A stretch of 64,000 nucleotides of DNA from Eledone cirrhosa (GCA_964016885.1 OZ024747.1:4340001-4404000), one strand, 5' to 3'; counted from the first letter of the stretch, positions 27,782 through 42,370 are shown. Notes: generated by a model from the letters alone, not told the origin. Made by a program: numbers and translations.

Positions 27782-30700
27782 TTATATATATAAAGAGAGA
27801 GAGATATAGATATATATATAAAGAGAGAGAGATATAGATATATATATAAAGAGAGAGAGATATAGATATATATATAAAGAGAGAGAGATATAGATATATA
27901 TATAAAGAGAGAGAGATATAGATATATATATATAAAGAGAGAGAGATATAGATATATATATAAAGAGAGAGAGATATAGATATATATATAAAGAGAGAGA
28001 GATATAGATATATATATAAAGAGAGAGAGATATAGATATATATATAAAGAGAGAGAGATATAGATATATATATAAAGAGAGAGAGATATAGATATATATA
28101 TAAAGAGAGAGAGATATAGATATAAATATAAAGAGAGAGAGATATAGATATATATATAAAGAGAGAGAGATATAGATATATATATAAAGAGAGAGAGATA
28201 TAGATATATATATAAAGAGAGAGAGATATAGATATATATATAAAGAGAGAGAGATATAGATATATATATATAAAGAGAGAGAGATATAGATATATATATA
28301 AAGAGAGAGAGATATAGATATATATATAAAGAGAGAGAGATATAGATATATATATATAAAGAGAGAGAGATATAGATATATATATATAAAGAGAGAGAGA
28401 GATATAGATATATATATAAAGAGAGAGAGATATAGATATATATATATAAAGAGAGAGAGAGATATAGATATATATATAAAGAGAGAGAGATATAGATATA
28501 TATATAAAGAGAGAGAGATATAGATATATATATAAAGAGAGAGAGATATAGATATATATATAAAGAGAGAGAGATATAGATATATATATAAAGAGAGAGA
28601 GATATAGATATATATATAAAGAGAGAGAGATATAGATATATATATAAAGAGAGAGAGAGATATAGATATATATATAAAGAGAGAGAGAGAGATATAGATA
28701 TATATATATAAAGAGAGAGAGAGATATAGATATATATATAAAGAGAGAGAGAGATATAGATATATATATAAAGAGAGAGAGAGATATAGATATATATATA
28801 AAGAGAGAGAGATATAGATATATATATAAAGAGAGAGAGATATAGATATATATATAAAGAGAGAGAGATATAGATATATATATATAAAGAGAGAGAGATA
28901 TAGATATAGATATAAAGAGAGAGAGAGATATAGATATAAAGAGAGAGAGAGATATAGATATATATATATAAAGAGAGAGAGAGAGATATAGATATATATA
29001 TAAAGAGAGAGAGAGAGATATAGATATATATATAAAGAGAGAGAGATATAGATATATATATAAAGAGAGAGAGAGATATAGATATATATATAAAGAGAGA
29101 GAGAGATATAGATATATATATAAAGAGAGAGAGAGATATAGATATATATATAAAGAGAGAGAGATATAGATATATATATAAAGAGAGAGAGATATAGATA
29201 TAAATATAAAGAGAGAGAGATATAGATATATATATAAAGAGAGAGAGATATAGATATATATATAAAGAGAGAGAGATATAGATATATATATAAAGAGAGA
29301 GAGATATAGATATATATATAAAGAGAGAGAGATATATATATATATATAAAGAGAGAGAGATATAGATATATATATAAAGAGAGAGAGATATAGATATATA
29401 TATAAAGAGAGAGAGATATAGATATATATATATAAAGAGAGAGAGATATAGATATATATATATAAAGAGAGAGAGATATAGATATATATATAAAGAGAGA
29501 GAGAGATATAGATATATATATAAAGAGAGAGAGAGAGATATAGATATATATATATAAAGAGAGAGAGATATAGATATATATATAAAGAGAGAGAGAGATA
29601 TAGATATATATATAAAGAGAGAGAGAGATATAGATATATATATAAAGAGAGAGAGAGATATAGATATATATATAAAGAGAGAGAGATATAGATATATATA
29701 TAAAGAGAGAGAGATATAGATATATATATAAAGAGAGAGAGATATAGATATATATATATAAAGAGAGAGAGATATAGATATAGATATAAAGAGAGAGAGA
29801 GATATAGATATAAAGAGAGAGAGAGATATAGATATAAAGAGAGAGAGAGATATAGATATATATATATAAAGAGAGAGAGAGAGATATAGATATATATATA
29901 AAGAGAGAGAGAGAGATATAGATATATATATAAAGAGAGAGAGATATAGATATATATATAAAGAGAGAGAGAGATATAGATATATATATAAAGAGAGAGA
30001 GAGATATAGATATATATGTAAAGAGAGAGAGAGATATAGATATATATATAAAGAGAGAGAGATATAGATATATATATAAAGAGAGAGAGATATAGATATA
30101 AATATAAAGAGAGAGAGATATAGATATATATATAAAGAGAGAGAGATATAGATATATATATAAAGAGAGAGAGATATAGATATATATATAAAGAGAGAGA
30201 GATATAGATATATATATAAAGAGAGAGAGATATAGATATATATATAAAGAGAGAGAGATATAGATATATATATAAAGAGAGAGAGATATAGATATATATA
30301 TAAAGAGAGAGAGATATAGATATATATATAAAGAGAGAGAGATATAGATATATATATAAAGAGAGAGAGATATAGATATATATATAAAGAGAGAGAGATA
30401 TAGATATATATATAAAGAGAGAGAGATATAGATATATATATATAAAGAGAGAGATATATAGATATATATATATAAAGAGAGAGAGATATAGATATATATA
30501 TAAAGAGAGAGAGAGAGATATAGATATATATATATAAAGAGAGAGAGATATAGATATATATATAAAGAGAGAGAGAGATATAGATATATATATAAAGAGA
30601 GAGAGAGATATAGATATATATATAAAGAGAGAGAGAGATATAGATATATATATAAAGAGAGAGAGAGATATAGATATATATATAAAGAGAGAGAGATATA

Positions 30701-31140
30701 GATATATATATAAAGAGAGAGAGATATAGATATATATATAAAGAGAGAGAGATATAGATATATATATATAAAGAGAGAGAGATATAGATATATATATAAA
30801 GAGAGAGAGAGAGATATAGATATATATATAAAGAGAGAGAGATAAAGATATATATATAAAGAGAGAGAGATATAGATATATATATAAAGAGAGAGAGATA
30901 TAGATATATATATATAAAGAGAGAGAGATATAGATATATATATAAAGAGAGAGAGAGAGATATAGATATATATATAAAGAGAGAGAGAGAGATATAGATA
31001 TATATATATAAAGAGAGAGAGATATAGATATATATATAAAGAGAGAGAGAGAGATATAGATATATATATATAAAGAGAGAGAGAGAGATATAGATATATA
31101 TATATAAAGAGAGAGAGATAAAGATATATATATAAATGTA
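27782..31140. repeat. 3.3 kb compound satellite, ~28-bp unit taaa(ga)n tataga(ta)n
   Basis: Direct reading. Confidence 0.95.
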
Positions 31141-31539
31141 TATATATATATATAATAATAGGGTATAAGTATCTCCCGAATGAAACAGTTCTAGGCCTGA
31201 CTTTCATATATACATCATCATCATCATCATCATTTTACGTCCGCTTTTCCCTGCTTGCAAGGGTGGGACGATACATATATATATATATCTATATATATAT
31301 ATGTATATATATATATGTATATATATATGTATATATATATCCAATCCAAGTCCTTCTCACTTCTGCTGGTGGAACCCCTCATTGGTTGACCTCCACCACT
31401 TTCTGTTTGCTATTGGTCATCTCTTCAGGTGTGTAGCCGTACTCATCATGCTTGGTCAACTGCTGGTTGGTAAGGCTATTTAATCCATAGTTAGAGGTGG
31501 ATGGCTGTTGACTCCTCAGAGTTCAACTGCTTTTTTTAA

Positions 31540-32000
31540 CAGTTTTTGTTTTTTGTGCTGCTGAGGTTCCTGTTACCCTCATCACCAGACCAGGGTCTGG
31601 TAGAGGAGCCAGTTTTGTTGCTGACCACTCGACCTTAAAGCAGGTTGTACTGGGTTACATGATACCAGTAGCAGGCGGAAGGCTGACCAGACCATACCAG
31701 GGTCTGGTGGGGAGCCAGTTTAGTCGCTGACCACTTGACCTTAAAGCAGGTTGTAATGGGTTACATGATACCAGTAGCAGGCGGAAGCCTGACCAGACCA
31801 TACCAGGGTCTGGTGGGGAGCCAGTTTAGTCGCTGACCACTTGACCTTAAAGCAGGTTGTAATGGGTTACATGATACCAGTAGCAGGCGGAAGCCTGACC
31901 AGACCATACCAGGGTCTGGTGGGGAGCCAGTTTAGTCGCTGACCATGAAGCAGGTTGTACTGGGTTACATGATACCAGTAGCAGGCGGAAGCCTGACATG
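31540..32000 (-). repeat. ~100-bp tandem repeat (4 units) related to the 5' end of the bipartite RTE-derived element
   Basis: Reverse complement gctactggtatcatgtaacccagtacaacctg...gcgactaaactggctccccacc matches 430-505. Confidence 0.75.
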
Positions 32001-32794
32001 ACCATAGAATCCATCACCACTAAATAACAACACTCACAGGTCCTCATCTGCTGTTCACAAGACAGCATGGTTCTACCATTCCAAAGTATTCATTGCTATT
32101 GTTTCCATATCTTCCCACCATTCTGTCCAGCTTCTAAAAAATTCCTCTTGGAGAGTTTAGCACCAAGTCTTTTTCACTCATCATATTTCTCAAATAAAAA
32201 CTTGAGCACACTCACCAGCTCAAATGAAGAATGTTTGTTTATTTGAAGGTCTATTGGTCTATCTAATTTTTCAAACTGTTCACTAGAATGTGCAGTAACA
32301 TTTAGATGAAAAGGTTTACTTAGAAGGTTGTAATTATTTTTCTAATCAACAATTGCTTTCGTGACGTCCCAATTATAGCAGTTGAATTGAAGAATATCTG
32401 ATTTTACATTTCGTTGTGTAAGAATCATTTTAGCCAATCAAAGAATTGACAAATATGTCCCACAATCAGGGACCTTGTTTGCCTTAAAAATGTGAGGGGG
32501 ACAAACCAACATTTGTTGATTCTTAAAGGAGCATAAATTGCTTGTGTGCCTTTCCCGGACCCTATCACATAAGTAAAATTTTACACTAATTAAATTTTAT
32601 ATATTCAAATGAAGTTCAGATATAAAAAAAATAAGCTTAAAAAGAATTTATTATATCAAATAAACAAAAAATAAAATATAGATGTTTGAAAAAGTATGTG
32701 TGTGTGTGTGTGGGGGGGGGGGGACTTGTCCCCTGGTACCCCGCTGAAACAAGGCCCTTGCGCACAATGAACTACCAGTCATCACTCACTCTCT

Positions 32795-32987
32795 TTAACT
32801 CTTTAGCATTTACATTACTCTATATCTACTATTGTATATTCATTATAAAGGCTTTACCTCACATAATTATCTCACAACCTCAAGTCTATGAGATTTTGAT
32901 GACTTTATTGTTTATTTTAATAACGATATCTTAATGTTGGTGTGAGCTTCTGGTTGGATACAGCCAGTTTAAATGTTAAAGGGTTAA
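32795..32987. mobile_element. piggyBac-like MITE copy
   Basis: TTAA-ctctttagcattt ... aaatgttaaaggg-TTAA. Confidence 0.7.
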
Positions 32988-33724
32988 AGGCCTCCCTACG
33001 ACCTTACTTACACTCCATCCCTCACTGTGGGAAACCATCTCCCACATAGATACCATGACAAAACAGTATGTATGAGCAAGATATCATCATTTGACCCTTC
33101 TTGTCTCAAAACCTAACAACCTGGCTAACCCCTGCAAGTATGGCAAATAGATATAAAACAATGATGATGATAATGATGATGCTGATATATAAATGAAAAG
33201 CACTCCAATAACATAATAGATGAAAGAGTCCTAAAGAATATGATTAAGTAGAATAGTTGATTTAATTAAAGCCTATGATAACCTCCATGGTAGCACATAT
33301 TAGAGGAACAGTAATCTTGTCTAATTAGGTTATTCAATATGACACAAACACTGCACCTAATAGCCTCATAAACAGTCATGTTAAAATAGCCACAACTAAC
33401 AAAATGGCAGCCTATTTCATGTGCCAATAAAATTGTTCTAACGATCTCAATTTAGCTTTATATTGGTGAAACTTGAAAGAGTGTTAGTCAAAGATTTCTC
33501 AATGATCACTAGAGAAGTCTGGGATTATACCAATTCCACTTGAAACAACAAAAATGAACAAAATATCTAACAATGTCATTGTTTAATTTTTCCTATTCTC
33601 TTCCTTTGCGAGGTTTGCGGGAATTAGAGTTTCGCATCTTTTTAGTTTGCAGTTTTTTTCGGCATTTATGCACTTTTTACATTAGCATATGAATATAAAC
33701 AATACACACACACATATACATATG

Positions 33725-34222
33725 GTTGCAACTGGATCCCCAAGCAAGACCTGCCAAGCTCATGGATGTGATCCACCCATCTTGCTTGGGATCTACCCCT
33801 GGATTTCCTGCCAGTTGGTTTTGCCCGTAAAATCTGTCCAATGATTCTTTCCTGAGACATTCTAACCACATGTCCATAGTATCAGAGCTGGGATCTCTCA
33901 ATTCAGAGAATTTGCGGCTCTACCTGGAGTGACTCTCTGATTTTGGAGCTACTCACTCTATCTAGTAACGTTACTCCAAAGACCCTTCGGAGGAATCCCA
34001 TTTCGGCCCCTTGTATTCACGATCGTATTCTTTTGGTCATTACCCAAGATTTATGACCATAGGTAAGGGTTGGCACGAATACCAATTGAAGATAGCGAGT
34101 TTGGCTTTTATACCTCCCTCCCTTCTTCTGATTACCAAATGCTGAAACTGGCATATTTCTGCACCAGCTCCTGCAATTCTTACCCTTAATTCAGCTTCCT
34201 TCCTACCATCACTCGTGAACAT
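33725..34222 (-). mobile_element. RTE-clade LINE RT C-terminal fragment
   Basis: FTSDGRKEAELRVRI, EMGFLRRVFGVTLLDRV, GHVVRM..PTGRKSRGRSQARWVD. Confidence 0.8.
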
Positions 34223-34269
34223 GTAAGTATTTATGTATGTATGTATGTTTGTATGTACATGTGTATGTA

Positions 34270-34550
34270 TATGCGTGGGATGTAGAAATAGTCGGGCTGG
34301 ATACCCGATTGCGCAGTTAAACTGGGAGTGAAGGACCTCTAGTCTGTGTCAGGGCATTCTTCTAGGAGAAGGCAACTCAGGAAACTAGGTTAACTCTGAC
34401 ATAAAACCTGCGGCTCATTAGTTACTGATGATGTTGATCCTTTCTTCTTTTCGGGTTATAGCTACTGTTGCTCAGAGTGGGATTGGCTCAGTGCACAGTC
34501 TTTCCTCACGTTAAAAAAAAATGTTCACGCACAGGCATTGCACAATAGAA
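34270..34550 (+). mobile_element. Diverged relative of the bipartite RTE-derived element (5' part)
   Basis: ttctaggagaagg...tgatgttgatcctttcttcttt...gagtgggattggc...cacaggcattgc resembles 640-802. Another piece lies at ~34865-34980. Confidence 0.6.
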
Positions 34551-34555
34551 TTAAT

Positions 34556-34740
34556 TAATAATTGTTTCTACTTTTGGCACAAGGCCAGCAATTACCCAGT
34601 ACATTACTGGTACTTTATTTTATCGACCCCGTAAGGATGAAAGGCAAAGTTAACCTTGACAGGATTTGAACTCAGATCGTAAAAGGACGTAACTATGCTG
34701 GAAAGCATGGCGTCCGACCCTCTACCGATACTGCCAATTC
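34556..34740 (-). mobile_element. SINE family A
   Basis: Reverse complement of the family consensus. Confidence 0.85.
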
Positions 34741-35964
34741 TAATAATGATTAATAATGTTATACCGTGCAATGGCCATACTCGATAACGAGGGGGCAGCC
34801 ATCATGTGTGTGTGTGTATTTATGTATGTATGTATGCAGGTATGTATGCATGCATGATGTAAGAACCAATGATGTTGACCTGTTCTTCTTTTGGGATATC
34901 TGTCACCATTGTTCAAAGAGTGGGATTGGTCCAGTGCTAGGCCTTTCTTCACTTAAAAAAGATTCAAGCACAGACATCACTTGATCTAAATGACTTTCAC
35001 ATATATTGTATGAGCATGGCTGGCTATACCCCAAAAAGGTTTTCTTTTTCTTCTTCTTTCTCTGCAGCATAGGCAGAGAAGAATATAAATCCTTGGCAGA
35101 GCTAAAATGTCGTGTTCGTGCCACCCATGTATGAGAAAAAGGTCAAGGGATGGCAATTCTCGAAACTGATATCCAGCCATCATCTATGTATGAATGTATG
35201 CATGTAAGTATGCATATATGAATGCATGTATACATGCATGTATGTATGTATGCATGTATGTATACATGCATGTATAATAATAATAATAATGAAATTATTG
35301 TGTATGTATATATGTATGCATGCATGTATACATGTATGTATGTGTGTGTATTTATCTGCATGAATTAACATAAGATCCTATATTCAAACTTATATATCTT
35401 TGAAAAAGGAATATATGCTCTTCAATTTTTCTTTAGTCACTTTATGAAGATGGAAATATGCATAACTATTCCTGAAATGATATCTCCATTAAGGCAGCTG
35501 CTTAGTTTCCTATTGATATAAGATAAATCAATCTTACTTTATATAATATATATATATACATTTATATTTATATATAAGTATGTGTATATATATATATGTA
35601 TATATTTATGTGTATGTGTGTGTATATATATATATATATTTATATGTGTGTGTGAGTGTGTATATATATATATATTTATATATTTAAGTGTATGTGTGTC
35701 TCTCTATATATATATTTATATGTGTATGCGTCTCTCTCTATATATATATTTATATGTGTATGTGTGTCTATATATATATATATATGAGTATGTGTGTGTG
35801 TATATATATATATAGTATTAAGGATACTATTTATGGTTATGGATACTTTTTATAGTTATATATATTTTAAACCCTAAACAGTGAAAGACAGTAATTTATT
35901 ACTACCTTATTACCAGTAAGATAAATAGCTCAATGTAATAACATCAGTTGTTCTACAGAGCAGT

Positions 35965-36302
35965 TATATAGAATTCACAGGAATCAAAGCTATGTTCAAA
36001 GCATTTATTCACTTACAATTGTTTCATCCAAACCTAGGCTTGGAGTCTTCGGAGCATTTTTCAATGTTTATATACATACATGAGCTCCTTTCCAATGCAA
36101 GAGACATACAGATACATATGTATATATTGATGTACATCAATATATACATATGTATCTGTATGTCTCTTGCGTTGGAAAGGAGGTCATATATGTATATAAA
36201 CATTGAAAAATGCTCCGAAGACTCCAAGCCTAGGTTTGGATGAAACAATTGTAAGTGAATAAATGCTTTGAACATAGCTTTGATTCCTGTGAATTCTATA
36301 TA
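35965..36302. mobile_element. Near-perfect loopless palindrome (169-bp arms) with a CCGAAGA-variant hammerhead on each strand
   Basis: Centre at 36133/36134. Plus 36211-36257: tgct CCGAAGA c tccaag cctagg tttgga t GAAAC aatt GTA agtg, then AATAAA. Confidence 0.8.
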
Positions 36303-36314
36303 TATATATGTTTT

Positions 36315-36930
36315 CCATGTTTGCATGGGGTGGATGGGTGATTTTCTGCAATTTGAGATCAGCTCTTACTCTCTTCGCCCAGGTCTTTCTTGGAGCAGGG
36401 TGCTCTGAGAGCATAATGGCTAAAATAAGGATAGGATGGGAAAAGTTTAGAGAGCTATTCACACTGTTGATTACAAAGATTTCTCCCTACCTACAAAAGG
36501 ACAACTATATGAAACCTGTGTGTGATATGTGATACTGCATGGTAGTGAAACATGGGCTTTGACTACAAAGGGCAAGCATAGACTGGAGAAAAATGAAGCA
36601 GCCATGCTTCATTGGATGTGCAATGTAAGTGTGAGAGAAAGGCAGAGCTTAGATGAGTTGAGGGAACAGCTGGGTTTAAGAGGAATCCATGGTGGTGTGG
36701 AGGAGAGAAAACTGCATTGGTATGGATGATGATAAGTGGGTGAAGAAAAGCCAGGAAATCCCAGTGGAAGGAAGCCACTGTAGAGGTAGACCAAGAAAGA
36801 CCAGATGTTGATGGGAGCTGATCTGAAATCGCCAAAATTCAGAGGAGAAGCTGTGCTGTGCTATGAAGGACCCATTCAACCCATTCAAGTGAGGAAAAAC
36901 AGATGCAAAAACGATGATGATGATGATATA
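36315..36930 (+). mobile_element. Decayed RTE LINE 3' fragment
   Basis: GCSESIMAKIRIGWEKFREL, ILHGSETWAL..RLEKNEAAMLHWMC, with a (GAT)n tail. Confidence 0.8.
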
Positions 36931-37517
36931 TAATGAACAAATATCAAACAAAACATAACTAGTTAAAAATTAAAGTTGCAAGTTTGATTCTCAAGCTAAA
37001 TGAAAAAAAAGGTACTGCTGATGATTCAGACTAAGTCCTTCTTTAGAAAATAGGGCGAGAAGATGAGGAGAAATTAAGAGGAAATAATTCAGACAGATAC
37101 ACTGATAGTACATGAATAGAAATTTTGCTTACATAAGGACCAAACTAATTGGAAGTTGGGGGACATCCCAATTTGTAATCAATGACAGGAACATGTGTGG
37201 GTAAGATATATTATGTATATGAGCTAATGTGTCTGTGTGTGTACCTACATATGTGATGGTCGTAGGTATGTTTATGTTTTTATTGTTGATCATGTGTGTG
37301 TGAGTGTTGAATGGAGTTATGGATGTGTAGTGTTTATTTCCAAAGGATCTTTTCTGAGAACTGAGTATTATAACAACATTGATGAAGGTGAATTAGTGCA
37401 GTGAGTGCATGTGAATTCTGCATCTACTTCTTCACAGGTTTTTGTCTGTTTCTACAGGCTTTGAGAATGCTCCTTGTTAGTGTTTATGTATATATGGATG
37501 CATAATGTGTGTAAGTG

Positions 37518-37555
<38 letters not shown>

Positions 37556-37771
37556 CACACACATATATATATATGTATTCTCTCTATATACATACTCACA
37601 CATACACAGATATATGCATATATACTCTCTCTCTATGTGTGTGTTGTGTATATATATATATATAGAGAGAGTTTTATATATATATATATATATATATATA
37701 AGTATATATATATGTGTGTGTTTTGTGTATATATATATATATGTGTGTGTTTTGTGTATATATATATAATA

Positions 37772-37990
37772 TTATAATAAAATAACAGGAGGCTGGACTG
37801 GTGTAAATCCTTGAAAGGTTTATTATACTATGATCATTTTAATGACCGGGTTCCGTATGAATCCGGTGATATCATCAGGTATTCGAAATATAATAAATGA
37901 ATGTAATAGATAAAATCCATGGGGCTGAAAATCCAAGACCGGAGGACGACCGACATCTAGCATCTTCCACTTTTGCCGGTCACTCTCAAG
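37772..37990 (-). mobile_element. Left arm of an interrupted Penelope-like inverted pair, with a degenerate hammerhead at 37825-37882
   Basis: Reverse complement is homologous to 39961-40180. Reads atac CTGATGA ..accgg..ccggt.. AAAA tgatca TA gtat. Confidence 0.7.
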
Positions 37991-39178
37991 GCGATCCATT
38001 GGTCAGTTCGTCCTCCTCGATGCCTAGAGTTTCCCCGAGAACATCGTCGCACCTATCCTCCACTAATCCCCTATAGAATGTCAAAGTGGAGTCTCCGCTG
38101 ATTGCCATTTCCGCTTGGTAGAGGGCTGTGAGCGCCTGTAGGCACTCGAGGTGCCAGGCACCCATTTTCGGTCTTCACTTGACCCAGGACTGCAGCTCTG
38201 TTAGTGGGACGAGTTGTGGAAGAGCTCGTCTCACAAACGACAGCCACACCGGTTCACCAGTCAGGAATACCTGGAGATGCCGTAGCCTCAGCACATGTTT
38301 GCGCATCATCAGCCACAGCATGCCCAGCCCTCCGTTAGAAGGGTGTTGACAGCAGATGAATCTGCTCACCAATGGAGCCTATTTCTTCCAGAGGAACTTG
38401 AAGAGTAGGCGTTCCATTTTGGTAAGGTATTCGCGGGGGCAAGGCACGACTGTCAGGCGGTAGTAGATGATGGACGCTTATAAGTGTTCGCCACCTCTGC
38501 TCGACCTTTAAAGGAGAGTTTGCACTCAGCCCACTTCTGGGTGAGTGCAAACACCTTCGCCATGACCTCATTCCAGTTCTTCTCCACCTGGAGGTCTGGA
38601 CCGAACCAGACCCCGAGCAATTTCAACAGTCCTTCCGTCCAGCGTCCAACAACACTGTCGGAAGGCATGGGTTTGCTTCTCCATGTGCTGAGTTGCAAAC
38701 CGACAGACTTGTTTGGGTTTAGTCTTGCTCCTGTCAACATTTCGTATTCCTGTAATAGGTTGCCGATTACTCCGATTTCCGAGGTTTTCGACACCATTAC
38801 GGTTGTGTCGTCGGCATAGACCAACGCTGCTTTCCGCAGTCCTGGTTCAATCGGGATGCCCTGTAACAGCTCCAACTTCCGCAGTAATGGCTTGAGAGTC
38901 AGTACATACAGAATGGAGGAGAGAGGGCATCCCTGACGGATGGAATGCATGATTTGGAATGGCTCTGATAGGTAGCCATTCACCTTGACTGCCGAGCAGA
39001 TGCTGGTGTGCATGGCAGCGATCCAGCCTCTGAAGACAGGACCGAAGCCGGCCGCTTTGAGAACCACTTCCAAGTATTGATGGTCGACTCTATCGAATGC
39101 CTTAGACTGATCTAAATTGATCAGAGCCCCACCGAAGCCAGGTTTACACCCTACCCTCTCTATGATGTATCGCATGAG
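37991..39178 (-). mobile_element. Internal Tx1/L1 LINE fragment (RT domain), truncated at both ends
   Basis: LDQSKAFDRVDH, SIRQGCPLS, YADD and LLGVWFG motifs. The downstream part is homologous to 26700-27177. Confidence 0.9.
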
Positions 39179-39915
39179 ATGCAGACAGATAGATATCTTT
39201 CTTTATTTGCAGACAGATAGATAGATAGACAGACAGGCAGTCAGACAGACAGACAGACAAACAGACAGAAGTATATGTGGATAGATGGTTATATATATGG
39301 AAGAATAAATAGTTGACTGAATACATAGAAAGAAAGATGTTAAATGGATGGAGAGACAGACAGATAGATGTTAAATGGATGGTTTAATGGCTGGATGGCT
39401 GGATAAATGAAAGGATTGTTAAATGTTTGAAGGAAAACATGGTTGAATGGCTAAAGATGACTTGCTGGCTGTCAGATAGGTTAGTTATCTTAATGATTGG
39501 AGAGTTTGGTGAATACATAGTTGGACTTATGAATAGAGAGAAATAGAGTGAGGGGCTTGCTAAATAGTGATGTACTGATAGATAGACAGATATATGGATA
39601 GAGGTATATATATATATATAGATAGATAGGTGTATATATATAGATATAGATAGATATACAGATGTGTATATATATATATGTATATGTGTCTGTGTGTGTA
39701 TATATGTGTGTGTGTATATATATATATATGTATATGTGTCTGTGTGTGTGTATATATATATATATGTGTGTGTATATATGTGTGTGTGTATATATATATA
39801 TGTGTATATATATGTATCAGGCTTGTTTGCATAATTGCAAACGAATCGAGTATTATTATTAATATTTTGAAAAACTCAGATTATATATTTATATATATAT
39901 TTACATATATATATT

Positions 39916-39948
<33 letters not shown>

Positions 39949-39960
39949 ACATATATATAT

Positions 39961-40320
39961 ACTTGAGGGCAGCCGACCGAAGTAGAAGCTGCTAAATGTT
40001 CGGTCGCCCACATGTCTCTGATTTTCAGCCCCATGGATTTTGTCTATTATATTCCTTTGTTATATTTCGAATACCTGATGATGTCACCAGATTCATACTG
40101 AACCCGGTCTTTGAAATGTTCATAGTATAATAAACCTTTTAAGGATTTATCCCAGTCCAGCCTCCTGTTATTTTATAGTAATTAACTCCATACTTGCACC
40201 AACAACTACACAAACGAAGACGGGTGAGTTGCATTACGTTGAGTGCTCTGCATAGTATTACATGGAGGTTGACCATACGGGATGACCAGTTATATCCAGT
40301 GGTGAACCAACAAACCTAAA
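39961..40320 (+). mobile_element. Right arm plus tail of the Penelope-like inverted pair, with hammerhead at 40071-40128
   Basis: atac CTGATGA ...31 nt... GAAA tgttca TA gtat, then AATAAA. Confidence 0.75.
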
Positions 40321-40354
40321 TATATATATATATATAAAGGTTTACATATATATA

Positions 40355-40730
40355 TCATCATCATCATCATCATCACCGTTTTACGTCCGTTCTTCCACGC
40401 TAGCATGGGTTAGACGGGTTGTCCTGTTGTGGGCAGTGTCTGGTCGGCTGACCATGCCTTGCTCATACTGGAACTGATCTGGCTTGATTTCTACAGCTGG
40501 ATGCCCTTCCTAACACCAACCTCATTTACAGTGAGTGCTGGGTGCTTTTTCGTGGCGCCTACACGTCCACTTTACAGTGTGGGCTGAGTGCTTTTTTGCC
40601 GTGGCACCTCCACGACCACCTTGCGGGGGGGGGGGGGGGCATATTGTTTATATGCTTCAGCATGTACCCATGGGAGGTCGGGTACCCTGTATTACTGCGT
40701 GACGCCAGAAGTCACGGTCGTGTGTCAACT
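40355..40730 (-). mobile_element. 3' UTR fragment of the RTE LINE seen at 59030-60258
   Basis: Reverse-complement match to 59885-60258. Confidence 0.8.
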
Positions 40731-40856
40731 TATATATATATATATATATATGTGTGTGTTTTGCAACGGGTCACTTTGTGGCTCAATGAAGAGTTAATAA
40801 ATTAAATAATATATAATGGTATATATTTTATCTGGTGATTCTATAGACATGTTTTA

Positions 40857-40859
<3 letters not shown>

Positions 40860-40902
<43 letters not shown>

Positions 40903-41570
40903 ATATATATATATATGTGAATGTATATATATATGTGTATGTATATATACATGTGTATGTATATATATATATATGTGTATGTATATATATATGCGTATGT
41001 ATATATATATATATATATATGTGAATGTATATATATATGTGTATGTATATATATATGTGTATGTATATATATATATATGTGTATGTATATATATATGCGT
41101 ATGTATATATATATATATATATGTGAATGTATATATATATGTGTATGTATATATATATGTGTATGTATATATATATATGTGTATGTATATATATATGCGT
41201 ATGTATATATATATATATATGTGTATGTATATATATATGTGTATATATATATATATATATGTGTATGTATATATATATATGTGTATGTATATATATATAT
41301 ATGTGTATGTATATATATATGTGTATGTATATATATATATGTATGTATATATATATATATATGTATGTATATATATATATGTGTATGTATATATATATAT
41401 GTGAATGTATATATATATGTGTATGTATATATATATATGTGTATGTATATATATATATGTGTATGTATATATATATGTGTATGTATATATATATGTGTGT
41501 GTATATATATATATGCATGTGTGTGTATATATATATATATGTATATATAAGTATATATGTATATATATAT
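40860..41570. repeat. (TA)n/TGTGTATG microsatellite
   Basis: Direct reading. Confidence 0.9.
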
Positions 41571-41624
41571 TTAGTAATAAAAATAAATAGAAAATCCAAA
41601 ATGGATTTTCTATATAATATAGAA

Positions 41625-41767
41625 AAGGCTTGTACAGGACTAGGACTGTTTTATTCATGAAAAGTTCTAGTCCTGTAGAAGTATAATCTATAATAAAATA
41701 TATATACCTCTACTAACATATTGAGTACTTTTTCTCTAAGGTTACCTCCTGATATACAGCGGGAATT

Positions 41768-41802
<35 letters not shown>

Positions 41803-41885
41803 GTTATTCCGGGTTGAATCGGAGGTAACCACAGTAAGTAAGGTACTCAATACATAGCAGAGTATAACAGTTTTAATATAGATAT
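41625..41885. mobile_element. Decayed members of the 'GAAACAGTTCTAGTCCTGTAGAA' hammerhead family (short fold-back plus tails)
   Basis: acaggactaggactgttttattcatgaaaagttctagtcctgtagaa. The stretch 41801-41846 is identical to 60911-60956. Confidence 0.6.
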
Positions 41886-41898
41886 ATATATAGGTGTG

Positions 41899-41985
<87 letters not shown>

Positions 41986-41986
41986 G

Positions 41987-42036
<50 letters not shown>

Positions 42037-42039
42037 TAT

Positions 42040-42370
42040 GGAGGCACATGGCTTAGTGGTTAGAGTATTGGCCCTGCAATCGAAAGGTTGTGAGTACAAT
42101 TTTCAGACCAGGTGATGTGTTGTTTTCTTGAGCAAGACACTTTATTTCACATAGTTCCAGTTTACTCAGCTGTAGAAATGAGATGATAGGGACTGGGGTC
42201 CATATCATTCCACTGTAAAGTGGTCGTGGAGGTGCCACGGCAAAAAAGCACCCAGCACTCACTGTAAATGAGGTTGGTGTTAGGAAGGGCATCCAGCTGT
42301 AGAAATCAAGCCAGAATCAGTTCCCGTCCCACCCTTGCAAGCAGGGAAAAGCGGATGTAAAATGATGATA
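42040..42370 (+). mobile_element. SINE family B with RTE tail
   Basis: Matches 19641-19972. Confidence 0.85.

Noticed and set aside
32000-32760. Possible hAT-transposase relic
   Set aside because: Only a vague resemblance in a broken frame, with no diagnostic motif or paired TIRs found.
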